Positions 9,238 through 18,730 of a stretch of DNA of 64,000 bases are shown here, piece by piece; position 1 is the stretch's first letter, and each line of letters begins with the position of its first letter. Location: the NCBI GenBank assembly GCA_011620135.1, contig WOZS01000014.1, positions 130 to 64,129 of the forward strand, in the 5' to 3' direction. The position numbers and the translations under genes were made by a program. Source of the DNA: Gammaproteobacteria bacterium (GTDB lineage: Bacteria > Pseudomonadota > Gammaproteobacteria > WOZS01). The notes beneath the pieces were generated by a model. It worked only from the letters and a program-made list of their open reading frames with translations, had not been told where the DNA came from and ran no database searches.

Positions 9238-10151
9238 GCCAGCACCGCAAAGGGTAGATCAGGACTGCCGATGAGATAGACCACGGCCTCCCTGGTGAAA
9301 TGGGCCGTACCCAGGGTGGCCTCGGCCCTGATAGAATACACCTGGCTGAGCCCTGGCCGCAGCAGGGGTGTTGCGTTGCCCAGCATGTCCACGGGCGGCA
9401 ACTGATTTTGTTGCCAGGCCAGGCGCCTGGCCTCCAGATAACGCTCAGCCACGCTGGGCGCAAGCCATGGCAGGGAGCGGATCATCAGGTCGGGCGCTAC
9501 CGCAGGATCGACACCCGGTTGACGGGAATAGACCGTGATGGCCCCTGCCAGGCGTTCATAGAGATCTCCTGTCATACTGGGCAGCAGCAGCAGTTCCTCG
9601 ATGCGCATGAATGGCGCGTTGGCCGGCCCGTTGCCCAGTCCGGCCTGCAGGTAGTCGCGGCGTTCGGCACCAAATGACCTGGGGTTGTCATCGCGGTCCT
9701 TGTAATCGAGCAGCTCGTCGCGCAGATGCAACGCCTGCTGCTCGTCGGCGCCGGCGGCCCTGAACAGGCCATGCAGAATCTGTTCGTTGCCGGTATTGAG
9801 ATCCACCTTGCCAGATTCGGACATGGCAGTCAGCGTGATTGCAGCACCATGAAAGCGCCACGGCCGAGGACGGCCGCTACCGGGGCGGATGGGGCTGGTC
9901 AGGCTGGTCTGCTGCAGCAGGTCCTGGTACAACCCGAAGATGCCCCGGATGACCGCGGCGTCGGCCGCAGCGCGTACCTGAGCCAATTCAAGGAGATTGC
10001 GGGTGCCCACCGTCTCGGAACGGGTGCTCTGGGCGCTGCTGATGGCCAGCACACTGAGCAACGCCACGATCCAGAGCACCACCACCAGGGCAAAGCCCTC
10101 TTGTGGCGCTGGCCAAAGGCGCTTAGCGGGCCTGGGGGATGGGAAAGACAT
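9222..10151 (-). CDS. gspK: type II secretion system minor pseudopilin K
   Basis: 309 aa. The N-terminal QEGFALVVVLWIVALLSVLAISSA is GspK-like. The ORF overlaps its neighbours as expected within an operon. Confidence 0.8.
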   Translation of the reverse strand: MSFPSPRPAKRLWPAPQEGFALVVVLWIVALLSVLAISSAQSTRSETVGTRNLLELAQVRAAADAAVIRGIFGLYQDLLQQTSLTSPIRPGSGRPRPWRFHGAAITLTAMSESGKVDLNTGNEQILHGLFRAAGADEQQALHLRDELLDYKDRDDNPRSFGAERRDYLQAGLGNGPANAPFMRIEELLLLPSMTGDLYERLAGAITVYSRQPGVDPAVAPDLMIRSLPWLAPSVAERYLEARRLAWQQNQLPPVDMLGNATPLLRPGLSQVYSIRAEATLGTAHFTREAVVYLIGSPDLPFAVLAWREP

Positions 10152-10728
10152 AGGTGATGGTTTTCTGTCCTGGCTTGCGCCAGGTCACGCGCACCAGGCG
10201 CGGCAATTGCAAGGTGCTGGGCCATTGGGCAAACCAGGACCCCTCTTCCAGGCGTTGTGGCGCCCCGTAATAACTGAGCCGGGCCTCGGCCACATGACGC
10301 AGCAGCACGCGGCTTTCGGATTGGAACAACGCGGCCCCGCTGCCCTGCACCGGGGCCAGGGTCAGGGAGATGGAGCGGCGGTTGCCCAGCTGCTCCTCGA
10401 TGGCAATGGTCGCCATGTAGATGCCCCCGGGCAGCACCCCGGGGGGGCGGAACAGGCAGAACGTGAACTGGTCGGCTGTAGCCACGATGGCCTGTCGCAT
10501 GTTGGGTTGACGGGTACACAGGCTGGGGCTCAGCGCATCCTGGATCACAGTCCGCAGCGCCTGATAGGCGATGCGCTGATTGGCACCCACAGCACTGGCC
10601 TGATCCAGGCGCACCACGCTGCTGCTGCCAAGGCGCATGGCAGTCAGACCCATGCTCATGACCAAGGCGAAGATGGCCATGGCAATCATCAGCTCCAGCA
10701 AGGTGAAGCCTGCCGATCGATGGTTCAT
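10123..10728 (-). CDS. gspJ: type II secretion system minor pseudopilin J
   Basis: A prepilin-type N-terminus MNHRSAGFTLLELMIAMAIFAL begins at the internal ATG 10728. The six-frame ORF extends to 10824. Confidence 0.75.
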   Translation of the reverse strand: MNHRSAGFTLLELMIAMAIFALVMSMGLTAMRLGSSSVVRLDQASAVGANQRIAYQALRTVIQDALSPSLCTRQPNMRQAIVATADQFTFCLFRPPGVLPGGIYMATIAIEEQLGNRRSISLTLAPVQGSGAALFQSESRVLLRHVAEARLSYYGAPQRLEEGSWFAQWPSTLQLPRLVRVTWRKPGQKTITYVFPIPQAR

Positions 10729-10735
10729 GGATGGG

Positions 10736-11146
10736 TCATTCCACACTGCCAAGGCGCAATCCATGCAGGGCAAAGTGATAGGGTTGGTTACGGTCTTGCC
10801 AGGTGACCTGGACATCCAAGGCAAAAAGTCGCAGCGGCAGGCGTGGGTCCACAGTCAGACCCTGTTCCATGTAAGGCGTGACGCTGACCTGCCAGCGTGA
10901 GCCATCCGGGGTCGTCCCTTGCTGGATGCCTGGATGGAGCGGGATTTCTGCATTGAGTTCGGCAAGTTTGCTTTCAGCCAGGGCCATGGCGGCCTGACGG
11001 CGCTGCAGGCTGTTTTGGAAAAGCAGGCTGTCGCCAAAGACACGGTAGACCACCCCACACGACAAGGCAAGAATGGCAAAGGCCACCACCGCCTCGATGA
11101 GCGTGAAACCAGCCTGCCTGGCTGGCATGATGATGGGCTGTTTCAT
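10736..11146 (-). CDS. gspI: type II secretion system minor pseudopilin I
   Basis: 136 aa with prepilin leader MPARQAGFTLIEAVVAFAILAL. The start may be 11128. Confidence 0.75.
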   Translation of the reverse strand: MKQPIIMPARQAGFTLIEAVVAFAILALSCGVVYRVFGDSLLFQNSLQRRQAAMALAESKLAELNAEIPLHPGIQQGTTPDGSRWQVSVTPYMEQGLTVDPRLPLRLFALDVQVTWQDRNQPYHFALHGLRLGSVE

Positions 11147-11604
11147 GTGGGTTTGCGTCGCACAGCCACCGCACCCGTCAACCAGTCGATCTGGATGCTG
11201 ACCACGCCGCTTTTGTTGCTGAGCTCGATGACCCCACCGGTGGAGGTGCCATCAGGATAGAAACGCACCGCACTCACAAAGGCATTGACCCGTTCGCTGC
11301 GCGCCGTGGTGAGCGTTACCCTGATGCCCTTGGGCAGATGGTGACTGTGTGCATCCGCTCGCCACAGGCCATGCCTGGTATCCACCTCCAGCCTCTGGGC
11401 ATGACGCCGGGCCATGGCGTTGCTCTGCACCAGGCGCAGCGCCTGGCCCATCTGTCGGGCGGCGGCCTGGAGCCGGGCCTTTTCCAGGGTGCCTGCCAGC
11501 TGCATGGGAACCACCGCCAGGGCCAGAGCCATGATGGCCAACACCACCATCAACTCCAGCAGGGTGAACCCTTTACTGTGACTGCCAGTTGCCGATGTCC
11601 GCAT
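11143..11604 (-). CDS. gspH: type II secretion system minor pseudopilin H
   Basis: The prepilin leader MRTSATGSHSKGFTLLELMVVLAIMALALAV begins at the internal ATG 11604. The longer ORF to 11844 is probably not translated. This start overlaps the 3' end of gspG by about 32 bp. Confidence 0.7.
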   Translation of the reverse strand: MRTSATGSHSKGFTLLELMVVLAIMALALAVVPMQLAGTLEKARLQAAARQMGQALRLVQSNAMARRHAQRLEVDTRHGLWRADAHSHHLPKGIRVTLTTARSERVNAFVSAVRFYPDGTSTGGVIELSNKSGVVSIQIDWLTGAVAVRRKPT

Positions 11605-12022
11605 CTTCGTTTGTGCCGCCTTCCTGGCCATCACGCCCCAGGCTGTAGAGATCATAGGGACCATGACTGTTCTGGCCCGGCGTGCGGTAGGCGTAGGGAT
11701 GGCCCCAGGGGTCCTTGGGAACGCCCTTCTTGAGATAGGGGCCATGCCAATTCCCAGGCTGGCTCGGTGGCGATACCAGAACACCCAGACCCTCCTCACT
11801 GGTGGGATAGCGACCATTGTCCAGGTAGAACTGCTCCAGGGCATGATCGAGCTGTTCGATCTGTACCCGGGCGGTATCGGTTTTGGCGCGACCCAGGTAC
11901 TTGATCACGTTGGGGGCCACCACGCCCGCCAGCAGGCCGAGGATCACCAAGACCACCAGCAGCTCGATGAGCGTGAAGCCGCCTGATTGCAGGCCAGCTC
12001 GTGTTTTCCTGATTGCGGGCAT
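11573..12022 (-). CDS. gspG: type II secretion system major pseudopilin G
   Basis: 149 aa. MPAIRKTRAGLQSGGFTLIELLVVLVILGLLAGVVAPNV followed by a conserved GspG body (NGRYPTSEEGL...DPWGHPYAY). Confidence 0.92.
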   Translation of the reverse strand: MPAIRKTRAGLQSGGFTLIELLVVLVILGLLAGVVAPNVIKYLGRAKTDTARVQIEQLDHALEQFYLDNGRYPTSEEGLGVLVSPPSQPGNWHGPYLKKGVPKDPWGHPYAYRTPGQNSHGPYDLYSLGRDGQEGGTNEDADIGNWQSQ

Positions 12023-12106
12023 CGCAGTAGCTCCTGAAAGTTGATATCACTTGATTGTTGATCGTCCCCGGTCCAGGGCTTTTGGACGGGGATCTGTTCT
12101 CGGGGT

Positions 12107-13330
12107 TCACATGGCCAACTGATTGATGCTCACGATGGCCACCAAGATGCTCATGATGATACCGCCGATCAGCACGCCAAGGCCAAGGATCAGGACCGGT
12201 TCCAGCAAGGAGAGCATGCGCTTGATGGACCGGTCGGTCTCCCGCTCGTAGAGCTCGGCCACCCGGAAGAGCATGGTATCCAGCTGGCCGGACTCCTCGC
12301 CCACCTGCAGCATGTGGATGGCCAGTGGCGGCAGGATCTGTGCCTTGGCAAGAGGCCCTGCCAACCCCGAGCCACTTTTGAGGCCGCTGATCGCCGGGTT
12401 CAGCCCCGCTGCCATGGCCCTGTTGCCAAGCCCTTCCTGGGCGATATTGAGGGCATTGAGCAAGGTGATGCCATTGCGGACCAAGGTGCCCAAGGTGCGG
12501 CACAGGCGGGCCGTTTCCATCTGGCGCAACAAGGTGCCGAGCAGTGGCACCTGCAGGAGATAGCCGTCCATGACCAATCGGCTCCTGGGTCTGGCGTAGG
12601 CGCGGCGCAGCAACAGAAAAAGACCAGCGCCAATGAGGATCAGCAACCAGCCATACTGTTTGAGCCCATTGCCAAGAAAGATCACCACCCTGGTCGCCAG
12701 GGGCAATTGCGCCTCGGCATCGGCAAACATGGCCTGGAACTGCGGGATCACATAGGTCAGCAGGGCCAACACCGAGATCAGGGAGACGCCAAGCAGGATC
12801 AGGGGATAGGTCAGCGCTGCGCGCACTTGTTCCTTGAGTGCCTGGCTGCGTTCGCTGTATTCCGCCAACCGGGCCAGCACCTCTTCCAGAACCCCGGCAC
12901 TCTCGCCGGCGCGCACCAGGCCAATCTGCAGCCTGGAAAAGACAGGGTTCTGTGCCTCCATGGCAGCGGCGAGCGAACTGCCGCCCCGGACCTTGTCCCG
13001 GATGCGTTGTATCAGATTGACGATCCCAGGATGGGGGCTTTGGGAGGCGATGGCTGACAGGGCCCGATCCAGCGGCAGGCCGGCATGGAGCAACAGCGCC
13101 AGCTCCTGGAAAAAAGCCACCAGATCGGCTGAGCGCACCGGCTTGTCGCTGCGCTTGCCAAGCCATTTGCTGCGCCTCGATGCCTGCTGGGTGGCAGCCT
13201 CGGCGATTTGCACCGGGATCAGCTGTGCGGTGCGCAAAAAACGCAATACCTGCTCGGTGTCGGCGGCCTCCAGTTCGCCCCTGGTGGTGCGTCCCTGGTC
13301 GTCCAGTGCGGTATAGCGATAACGCGACAT
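12107..13330 (-). CDS. gspF: type II secretion system inner-membrane platform protein F
   Basis: 407 aa with two GspF repeats and three TM segments. The start ATG overlaps the gspE stop by 1 nt. Confidence 0.9.
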   Translation of the reverse strand: MSRYRYTALDDQGRTTRGELEAADTEQVLRFLRTAQLIPVQIAEAATQQASRRSKWLGKRSDKPVRSADLVAFFQELALLLHAGLPLDRALSAIASQSPHPGIVNLIQRIRDKVRGGSSLAAAMEAQNPVFSRLQIGLVRAGESAGVLEEVLARLAEYSERSQALKEQVRAALTYPLILLGVSLISVLALLTYVIPQFQAMFADAEAQLPLATRVVIFLGNGLKQYGWLLILIGAGLFLLLRRAYARPRSRLVMDGYLLQVPLLGTLLRQMETARLCRTLGTLVRNGITLLNALNIAQEGLGNRAMAAGLNPAISGLKSGSGLAGPLAKAQILPPLAIHMLQVGEESGQLDTMLFRVAELYERETDRSIKRMLSLLEPVLILGLGVLIGGIIMSILVAIVSINQLAM

Positions 13331-15090
13331 CAGCTGTCCTGGGTGACCCGCACCACCTCATCCAGCGTGGTGAGCCCGCTTGCCACCTTCTCCAGGCCGT
13401 CTTCGAACATGGTGCGCATGCCGGCGTGGCGGGCGGCCTCGCCGAGTTCGGCCGTGCCGGCGCGGCGCAGCATGAGCCGCCCCAACTCTTCTGTCATGGG
13501 GACGATCTCGGTGAGACACAGCCGACCGTGATAGCCGTTGCCGCACAAGGCACAGCCCCCGGGCCGTGGCAGGGTCTGATCCTGTGCCCCAAACCGTCCG
13601 AGGTCCAGTCGCTGGAAAAGCTCCTGGGGGATCGGCTCATGGTGGACGCAGTGTGGACAGAGCCTGCGCACCAGGCGCTGGGCCATGATGGCGTTGATGG
13701 TGGCGCTGAGCAGGTAGTCCTCCACACCCATGTCCAGGAGCCTGGTCAGGGTCTGCACGGCATTGTTGGTATGCAGCGTGGACAGCACCAGATGCCCGGT
13801 CAGCGCGGCCTGGACGGCGGTCTGGGCGGTTTCCAGGTCGCGGATCTCGCCAATCATGATGATGTCCGGGTCCTGGCGCAGGATGGAGCGCAATACCCGG
13901 GCGAACGTCAGCCCGATCTGGCCCTTGGTCTGGATCTGGTTGACACCATCCAGCACATACTCCACTGGATCTTCCACGGTGAGGATCTTCTTGTCCGGTG
14001 TGTTGAGGTGGCTCAAGGCGGTATAGAGTGTGGTGGTCTTGCCGCTGCCGGTAGGTCCTGTGACCAGTACGATGCCGTGGGGCTGCTCCAGGGCCGGAAG
14101 CAGCATTGCCATGTCATGCCCGGAGAAACCCAGGGCAGCGAAGTCCAGCGTCACGCCGCCTTTGTCCAGCAGGCGCAGCACCACACTCTCGCCATGCAGC
14201 GTGGGCAATGTGGAGACGCGCAGGTCAATCTCCTTGCCGGCAATGCGTACCTTGATGCGGCCGTCCTGGGGCAGGCGGCGTTCGGCAATATTGAGGTTGG
14301 CCATGATCTTGATGCGCGAGATGACCGCAGCGGCCAGCTGCTGCGGGGGTGACTCCACCTCTTCCAGGATGCCGTCGATGCGGTAGCGCACCTTGAGCAC
14401 CTTTTCGAACGGTTCGATGTGGATGTCGGAGGCTCTCAGCTCGGATGCCCTGGACAGCAGCAGGCTCACCAGGCGGATCACGGGGGCTTCGCTGGCGAGA
14501 TCACGCAGTCTGGCGATGTCTTCTCCCTCACCAGCCTCCTCCTCGCCCACCTCCTGGACAATCTGGGCCATGGAGCTGGACGCATTGCCGTAGAGCCTCT
14601 GCAGTGCAGTTTCCAGCTCTGTGGCCGGTGCCACCGCCTTGCGTACCGGGCGCCCTATGGCGCTGGCGATGGCTTCTGCGGTGAAGGCATCCGAGGGATT
14701 GGCCATGGCCACCAGCACGCCTTGGTCATCCTCACAGATGGGCAGTGCCTTGGCGCTGGTCAGAAAGTCCACAGAAAGCAGGTTCTCGAACAGGGGCTCC
14801 TGGGGGAAGGAGTCACTGCGCAGCAGGGGTAGTCCGTCGATCTGTGCATGGGCTTCGGCGAGGTCGCGATCGGAGACAAAGCCGAGCCTGAGCAGGATTT
14901 CGTCCAGGGTGCCGCCGTCTTCCTGGTGCAGGCGCACGGCCCGGGCCAGGTCCGCGGCGGTGACCTTGCCCCTGGATACCAGGATATCAGCTGGGGTGAT
15001 GCTCATGATGCACGTATTGACATTGCTGGTTTTTAGGGATGAAGGGATGAAAGGGTTTGGCCCACCGGTGAGTGGCCTGGGTTCTATCAC
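13330..15090 (-). CDS. gspE: type II secretion system ATPase E
   Basis: 586 aa. Walker A VTGPTGSGKTT, Asp box, Walker B DPDIIMIGEIRD, tetracysteine motif CPHC...CALCGNGYHGR. The start may be the internal ATG at 15006. Confidence 0.93.
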   Translation of the reverse strand: MIEPRPLTGGPNPFIPSSLKTSNVNTCIMSITPADILVSRGKVTAADLARAVRLHQEDGGTLDEILLRLGFVSDRDLAEAHAQIDGLPLLRSDSFPQEPLFENLLSVDFLTSAKALPICEDDQGVLVAMANPSDAFTAEAIASAIGRPVRKAVAPATELETALQRLYGNASSSMAQIVQEVGEEEAGEGEDIARLRDLASEAPVIRLVSLLLSRASELRASDIHIEPFEKVLKVRYRIDGILEEVESPPQQLAAAVISRIKIMANLNIAERRLPQDGRIKVRIAGKEIDLRVSTLPTLHGESVVLRLLDKGGVTLDFAALGFSGHDMAMLLPALEQPHGIVLVTGPTGSGKTTTLYTALSHLNTPDKKILTVEDPVEYVLDGVNQIQTKGQIGLTFARVLRSILRQDPDIIMIGEIRDLETAQTAVQAALTGHLVLSTLHTNNAVQTLTRLLDMGVEDYLLSATINAIMAQRLVRRLCPHCVHHEPIPQELFQRLDLGRFGAQDQTLPRPGGCALCGNGYHGRLCLTEIVPMTEELGRLMLRRAGTAELGEAARHAGMRTMFEDGLEKVASGLTTLDEVVRVTQDS

Positions 15091-15101
15091 GGAAATGCCT
15101 T

Positions 15102-16064
15102 TCAGGGCATGCGCTGTTGCAGCCTGTTCTCGATGGCCTGGAAAAAGCTCCCAGCAATGCCAAGCTCAGTGGCGGCTTCGATCTCGCGCATACACGTTGG
15201 ACTTGTGACATTGATTTCCGTCAGATGTTCCCCGATCACATCGAGCCCGGCAAAGAGGATGCCAAGCTCGCGCAGCACAGGACCCACCTGCCTGGCGATG
15301 TGCCAATCATGATCGGTCAGCGGCCTGACCTCGCCGCGGCCACCAGCTGCGAGATTGGCGCGAAACTCGCCGGGGGCGGCGAGGCGCGCCAGACACTGGG
15401 GCATGGGCTCGCCGTTGATCACCAGGATCCGTTTGTCGCCGTTTGCAATCTCCGGGAGATAGCGCTGCACCAGGACGAAGCGGCTGCCGTTGCAGGTGGC
15501 TGTTTCCAGAATGACCCTGGCATTGGGGTCAGCCGGATCCAGCTTGAAGACCGAGCGCCCCCCCATCTCGCCCAGGGGCTTGACCACGGCGACTCCATGT
15601 GTCGCGGCGAAGTCCAGGAGGCGCTTGCCATCACGACTCACCAGGCTGGGGGGGCACAGATGAGCAAACCAGGCAGTATAGAGTTTCTCGCTGACGCGGC
15701 GCAGCGCCTCGGGACGGTTGAGCACCAGACAGCCGTCGGCCTCGGCGCGCTCCAGGAGATAGGTGCTGTAGAGATATTCTGTGTCGACGGGGGGGTCCTT
15801 GCGCATCAGGATCACATCCAGCAACTGGGAGAGCAGGCCCTCGTGGGGTTCGCCCAGGCTGAACCAGTCCCGGGGATCATCGCGCACGGTCAGGGGCCGC
15901 ATCACGGCCTTGGCCGCGCCGCCTTGCAGATACAGGTCACCCAGCTCCATGTACTGCAGCTGGTAACCGCGACGTGCGGCTTCCAGAAGCAAGCCCAGTG
16001 TGGTGTCTTTCTTGAAATGGATGTGTGCGATGGGATCCATCACCACGCCGAGACGTACCGTCAT
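15102..16064 (-). CDS. gshB: glutathione synthetase
   Basis: 320 aa. ATP-grasp fold with N-terminal GshB domain (MTVRLGVVMDPIAHIHFKKDTTLGLLLEAARRGYQL). Confidence 0.9.
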   Translation of the reverse strand: MTVRLGVVMDPIAHIHFKKDTTLGLLLEAARRGYQLQYMELGDLYLQGGAAKAVMRPLTVRDDPRDWFSLGEPHEGLLSQLLDVILMRKDPPVDTEYLYSTYLLERAEADGCLVLNRPEALRRVSEKLYTAWFAHLCPPSLVSRDGKRLLDFAATHGVAVVKPLGEMGGRSVFKLDPADPNARVILETATCNGSRFVLVQRYLPEIANGDKRILVINGEPMPQCLARLAAPGEFRANLAAGGRGEVRPLTDHDWHIARQVGPVLRELGILFAGLDVIGEHLTEINVTSPTCMREIEAATELGIAGSFFQAIENRLQQRMP

Positions 16065-17296
16065 GCCGCCTCCTGCACAGCTGCCAGATGGGCCAGCCTG
16101 GCCACCACGCCATGGATCCAGTCCCGCTCGTCCATGTGCTCCACGGGCACGAACTCCATGCCCGGGGCGTTGAGGCTGTCGCTGTCGCCCCGTCCCGGGT
16201 GGATACGATAGAACGAACCCACGACCTGCCCACCGATCAAGTAGACGACTGGTTCTGCCGGGGCATGGTCTGCCTGTCGGTAATCGGTGGTGGGTACCCC
16301 TTCCTGGAGAAAGACGCGGCTTACGGTAACGCCTTCCTTACCACGGGCCATGCGCTGGCGCTGGCGCCGGTTCAGGTGATCCAGTTCCCCGGGATCCTTG
16401 ATGACCATCACCGCCAGGCCATAAGTGCCCTGATCCGCCTTGGCCACCACGAAAGGACGTGTGGCAATGTGTCGCGTGACGTACTGCTCGCTGGTCTCTG
16501 CCAGAATCTCCCGGGCACGGTCCTTGAGACAGGCAATGCCCAGACCGTGGCGCAGGTCCACATCCTGGCAGCGGCCGCAGCTGGCTTCCAGCTGCCAGGG
16601 GTCCTGGCCCAATGCCGTTGCGAAATCCCGCACCGTTTGGCTGTACAGCGAGAAATGGCGCCACTTGGAGCGCTGCTGCCAGCCCATGGCCACAGGGGGT
16701 ACCACCGGCACGGCGGCGTGCTGGATGATCTCAGGTACGCCCGCGGAAAGATCGTTGTTGAGCCAGAGCAGGGCGACGGGTTGCTGTCCCACATAGAGCA
16801 TCTCACCCTGCCGGCGCAAGCACTCCAGGGTCAGGGTGCGCCCAGCGGACAGCCCCACCTCCATGATGTCCTGGGCATCGGTTTCCATGAGTGTTGCCAG
16901 GCGTATGGTGAAACCAGCCTCGGCAATCAGATGGCGCAGCACGGCAAGGCTTTCATAATAGAACAGGTTGCGACTGTGGCTCTCGGCCAGGAGGGCAATG
17001 ACCTGATCCTGGGCAACGCGACCCGACAGATAGCGCCGCAGCGCCGCGCTGGCCTGCTGGTGGGCGCTGGGGGACAGGTTGTTGAACCCGGCGGGAAAGC
17101 AGTTGGTGTCCACGGCTGCCATCTTGAAGCCGGCGTTGCGGATGTCCACAGAGACATAGGGCAATGGATCGCAGCGCGCCAGCTGCGCATCGAGCCAGGC
17201 TTCCACCTGCTCTTTTTTTTCAAGCAGCAACTCAGCCCAGGCGGGCCACGCGCCACTGATGGTATTTGGGCTGTCCGGCTCGATGGCACATTTCAT
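16061..17296 (-). CDS. gshA: glutamate--cysteine ligase (short, about 410-aa non-E. coli-type family)
   Basis: 411 aa, immediately upstream of gshB with a 4-bp overlap. It resembles the short proteobacterial GshA family commonly found adjacent to gshB. The family assignment is from memory of the family rather than a search. Confidence 0.7.
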   Translation of the reverse strand: MKCAIEPDSPNTISGAWPAWAELLLEKKEQVEAWLDAQLARCDPLPYVSVDIRNAGFKMAAVDTNCFPAGFNNLSPSAHQQASAALRRYLSGRVAQDQVIALLAESHSRNLFYYESLAVLRHLIAEAGFTIRLATLMETDAQDIMEVGLSAGRTLTLECLRRQGEMLYVGQQPVALLWLNNDLSAGVPEIIQHAAVPVVPPVAMGWQQRSKWRHFSLYSQTVRDFATALGQDPWQLEASCGRCQDVDLRHGLGIACLKDRAREILAETSEQYVTRHIATRPFVVAKADQGTYGLAVMVIKDPGELDHLNRRQRQRMARGKEGVTVSRVFLQEGVPTTDYRQADHAPAEPVVYLIGGQVVGSFYRIHPGRGDSDSLNAPGMEFVPVEHMDERDWIHGVVARLAHLAAVQEAA

Positions 17297-17382
17297 GGGT
17301 GAGAGGATTCCTTTGGGTCAAGTGGGGGTCAAGTGAGGGTGCATGCAGCGGCCATCCGGAACGGCAGCCGCTATGGGCCCTT

Positions 17383-18039
17383 TCAGGGCTGTGCCCCCAG
17401 GGCCGGAATATCCATCCTGAAATAGGTGTAGGTGCTCTCCCGATACAGAATGGTAAAGGCGCGTTTGTCATCGAAAAATTGATTCGGGCTTGGTTCCGGG
17501 TCATTCGGGTCATAGTAGACCTGGGTTGGAGAGCGCTGTTGGTCGAGGACAAAGGTGCGCGGCTCGTTGAGGTCCGCACAGAACTGGTTGCTCGCCGTAT
17601 TGTCGCCCATGGCGTGCAAGCGGACATTGTGGTACTCGCGATAATCCTGAATGACGGTGAGCCGCGAGCCACAGATGAAGGGCGGATTCAAGAACCCGGT
17701 GCGTACCGGATCACCGCTCACGGCCCCAGGCGGGGGGGCGTCTGGGGTACGGACGGGTTCTGCGCGTAACAGGGGCACCCATGCCCCATTGATCAGCTCG
17801 CGCCAGAAGATCAGGCGATGGCGTTGCCGGTCATAGCCGATGATGTCGCTGCCATAGCTGGGGTCCTGCGCTTGTTGGGGTAAAGGGCTCAATATGGTAT
17901 AACCATTGCGGCCTTGTGCTGATGCCACGGTGCAGGCGGCCACACCGAGGATTCCCAAGGAGGCGGACAGCTTGAGCGACATACCTTTCCCTATTTTCCT
18001 TTTCCCGATCAGTCCAGCGGCCTGACGCAATGCTTCCAT
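17383..18039 (-). CDS. hypothetical secreted protein (signal peptide, no recognisable domain)
   Basis: The probable start at ATG 17982 gives MSLKLSASLGILGVAACTVASAQG as a signal peptide. The mature part is rich in Pro, Asp and Tyr. No motif is recognised. Confidence 0.45.
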   Translation of the reverse strand: MEALRQAAGLIGKRKIGKGMSLKLSASLGILGVAACTVASAQGRNGYTILSPLPQQAQDPSYGSDIIGYDRQRHRLIFWRELINGAWVPLLRAEPVRTPDAPPPGAVSGDPVRTGFLNPPFICGSRLTVIQDYREYHNVRLHAMGDNTASNQFCADLNEPRTFVLDQQRSPTQVYYDPNDPEPSPNQFFDDKRAFTILYRESTYTYFRMDIPALGAQP

Positions 18040-18226
18040 CTCCCCCAGGGGTTGGGCTATTGAAAGATCTCGGCTGCAGTCCGGCTCATGCTATCATGGA
18101 TGATATAACTCCATCAAGGTGAGCCCCGGGAAAGGTTTTTGCGCCAGCTTCCCCCAGGCGGTAGCGCTTGATCGGTTGTGTGCATTGAGTCCCTGAAGGA
18201 TCAGGCTATACAATAACAACGGGTCA

Positions 18227-18730
18227 GTGGATCGAGCTGATCGAGCCAAAGAGTCGCCCTCATTGCCAATGGTTGCCATGCCACATCGTTCCTTGTCGAT
18301 CAATGGGTCCACCTATGTTGTCGAGGTGGGCGATGATGTGCCGCTGCTGTGGGTATTGCGCGATCTCCTGCTGTTGCGGGGGACCAAATATGGCTGTGGC
18401 ATCGGCCAGTGCGGGGTCTGCACCGTCATGGTGGGCGGCCAGGCGCTGCGTTCGTGTCTCCTGCCAGTGGGCGAGGTGCGCGAGGCGGTGACCACCATCG
18501 AGGGGCTCGCCGCCGATCATCCCGTCAAGCGGGCCTGGATCAGCGAGCAGGTACCACAATGTGGTTATTGCCAATCGGGCCAGATCATGCAGGCTGCCGC
18601 CTTGCTGCAACAGACTTCCAAGCCCACAGAAAGCGAGATTCGTTCCGCCATGCGTGGCGTGCTGTGCCGCTGTGGTACCTACAACCGCATCGTCCGGGCC
18701 ATCCAGGTGGCCAGCGGGCAGGTATCCTGA
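18227..18730 (+). CDS. (2Fe-2S)-binding small subunit of a molybdenum hydroxylase (IorA / aldehyde oxidoreductase small-subunit family)
   Basis: Two [2Fe-2S] cysteine motifs (CGIGQCGVCTV and CGYCQSGQIM...CRCGTY). The likely start is an internal ATG at 18269 or 18278. The stop overlaps the next gene (TGATG). Confidence 0.8.
   Translation: MDRADRAKESPSLPMVAMPHRSLSINGSTYVVEVGDDVPLLWVLRDLLLLRGTKYGCGIGQCGVCTVMVGGQALRSCLLPVGEVREAVTTIEGLAADHPVKRAWISEQVPQCGYCQSGQIMQAAALLQQTSKPTESEIRSAMRGVLCRCGTYNRIVRAIQVASGQVS

Noticed and set aside
11796-13361. 521-aa ORF on the minus strand overlapping gspF and gspG in another frame
   Set aside because: It sits in an alternative frame of two well-supported genes. 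Its translation is Arg/Pro/Gly-rich and low-complexity.
18349-18729. 5' extension of the large-subunit ORF (835 aa starting at 18349)
   Set aside because: The extension overlaps the [2Fe-2S] subunit gene in another frame. The TAT signal starts at the ATG at 18730, which overlaps the upstream stop in the classic TGATG coupling.
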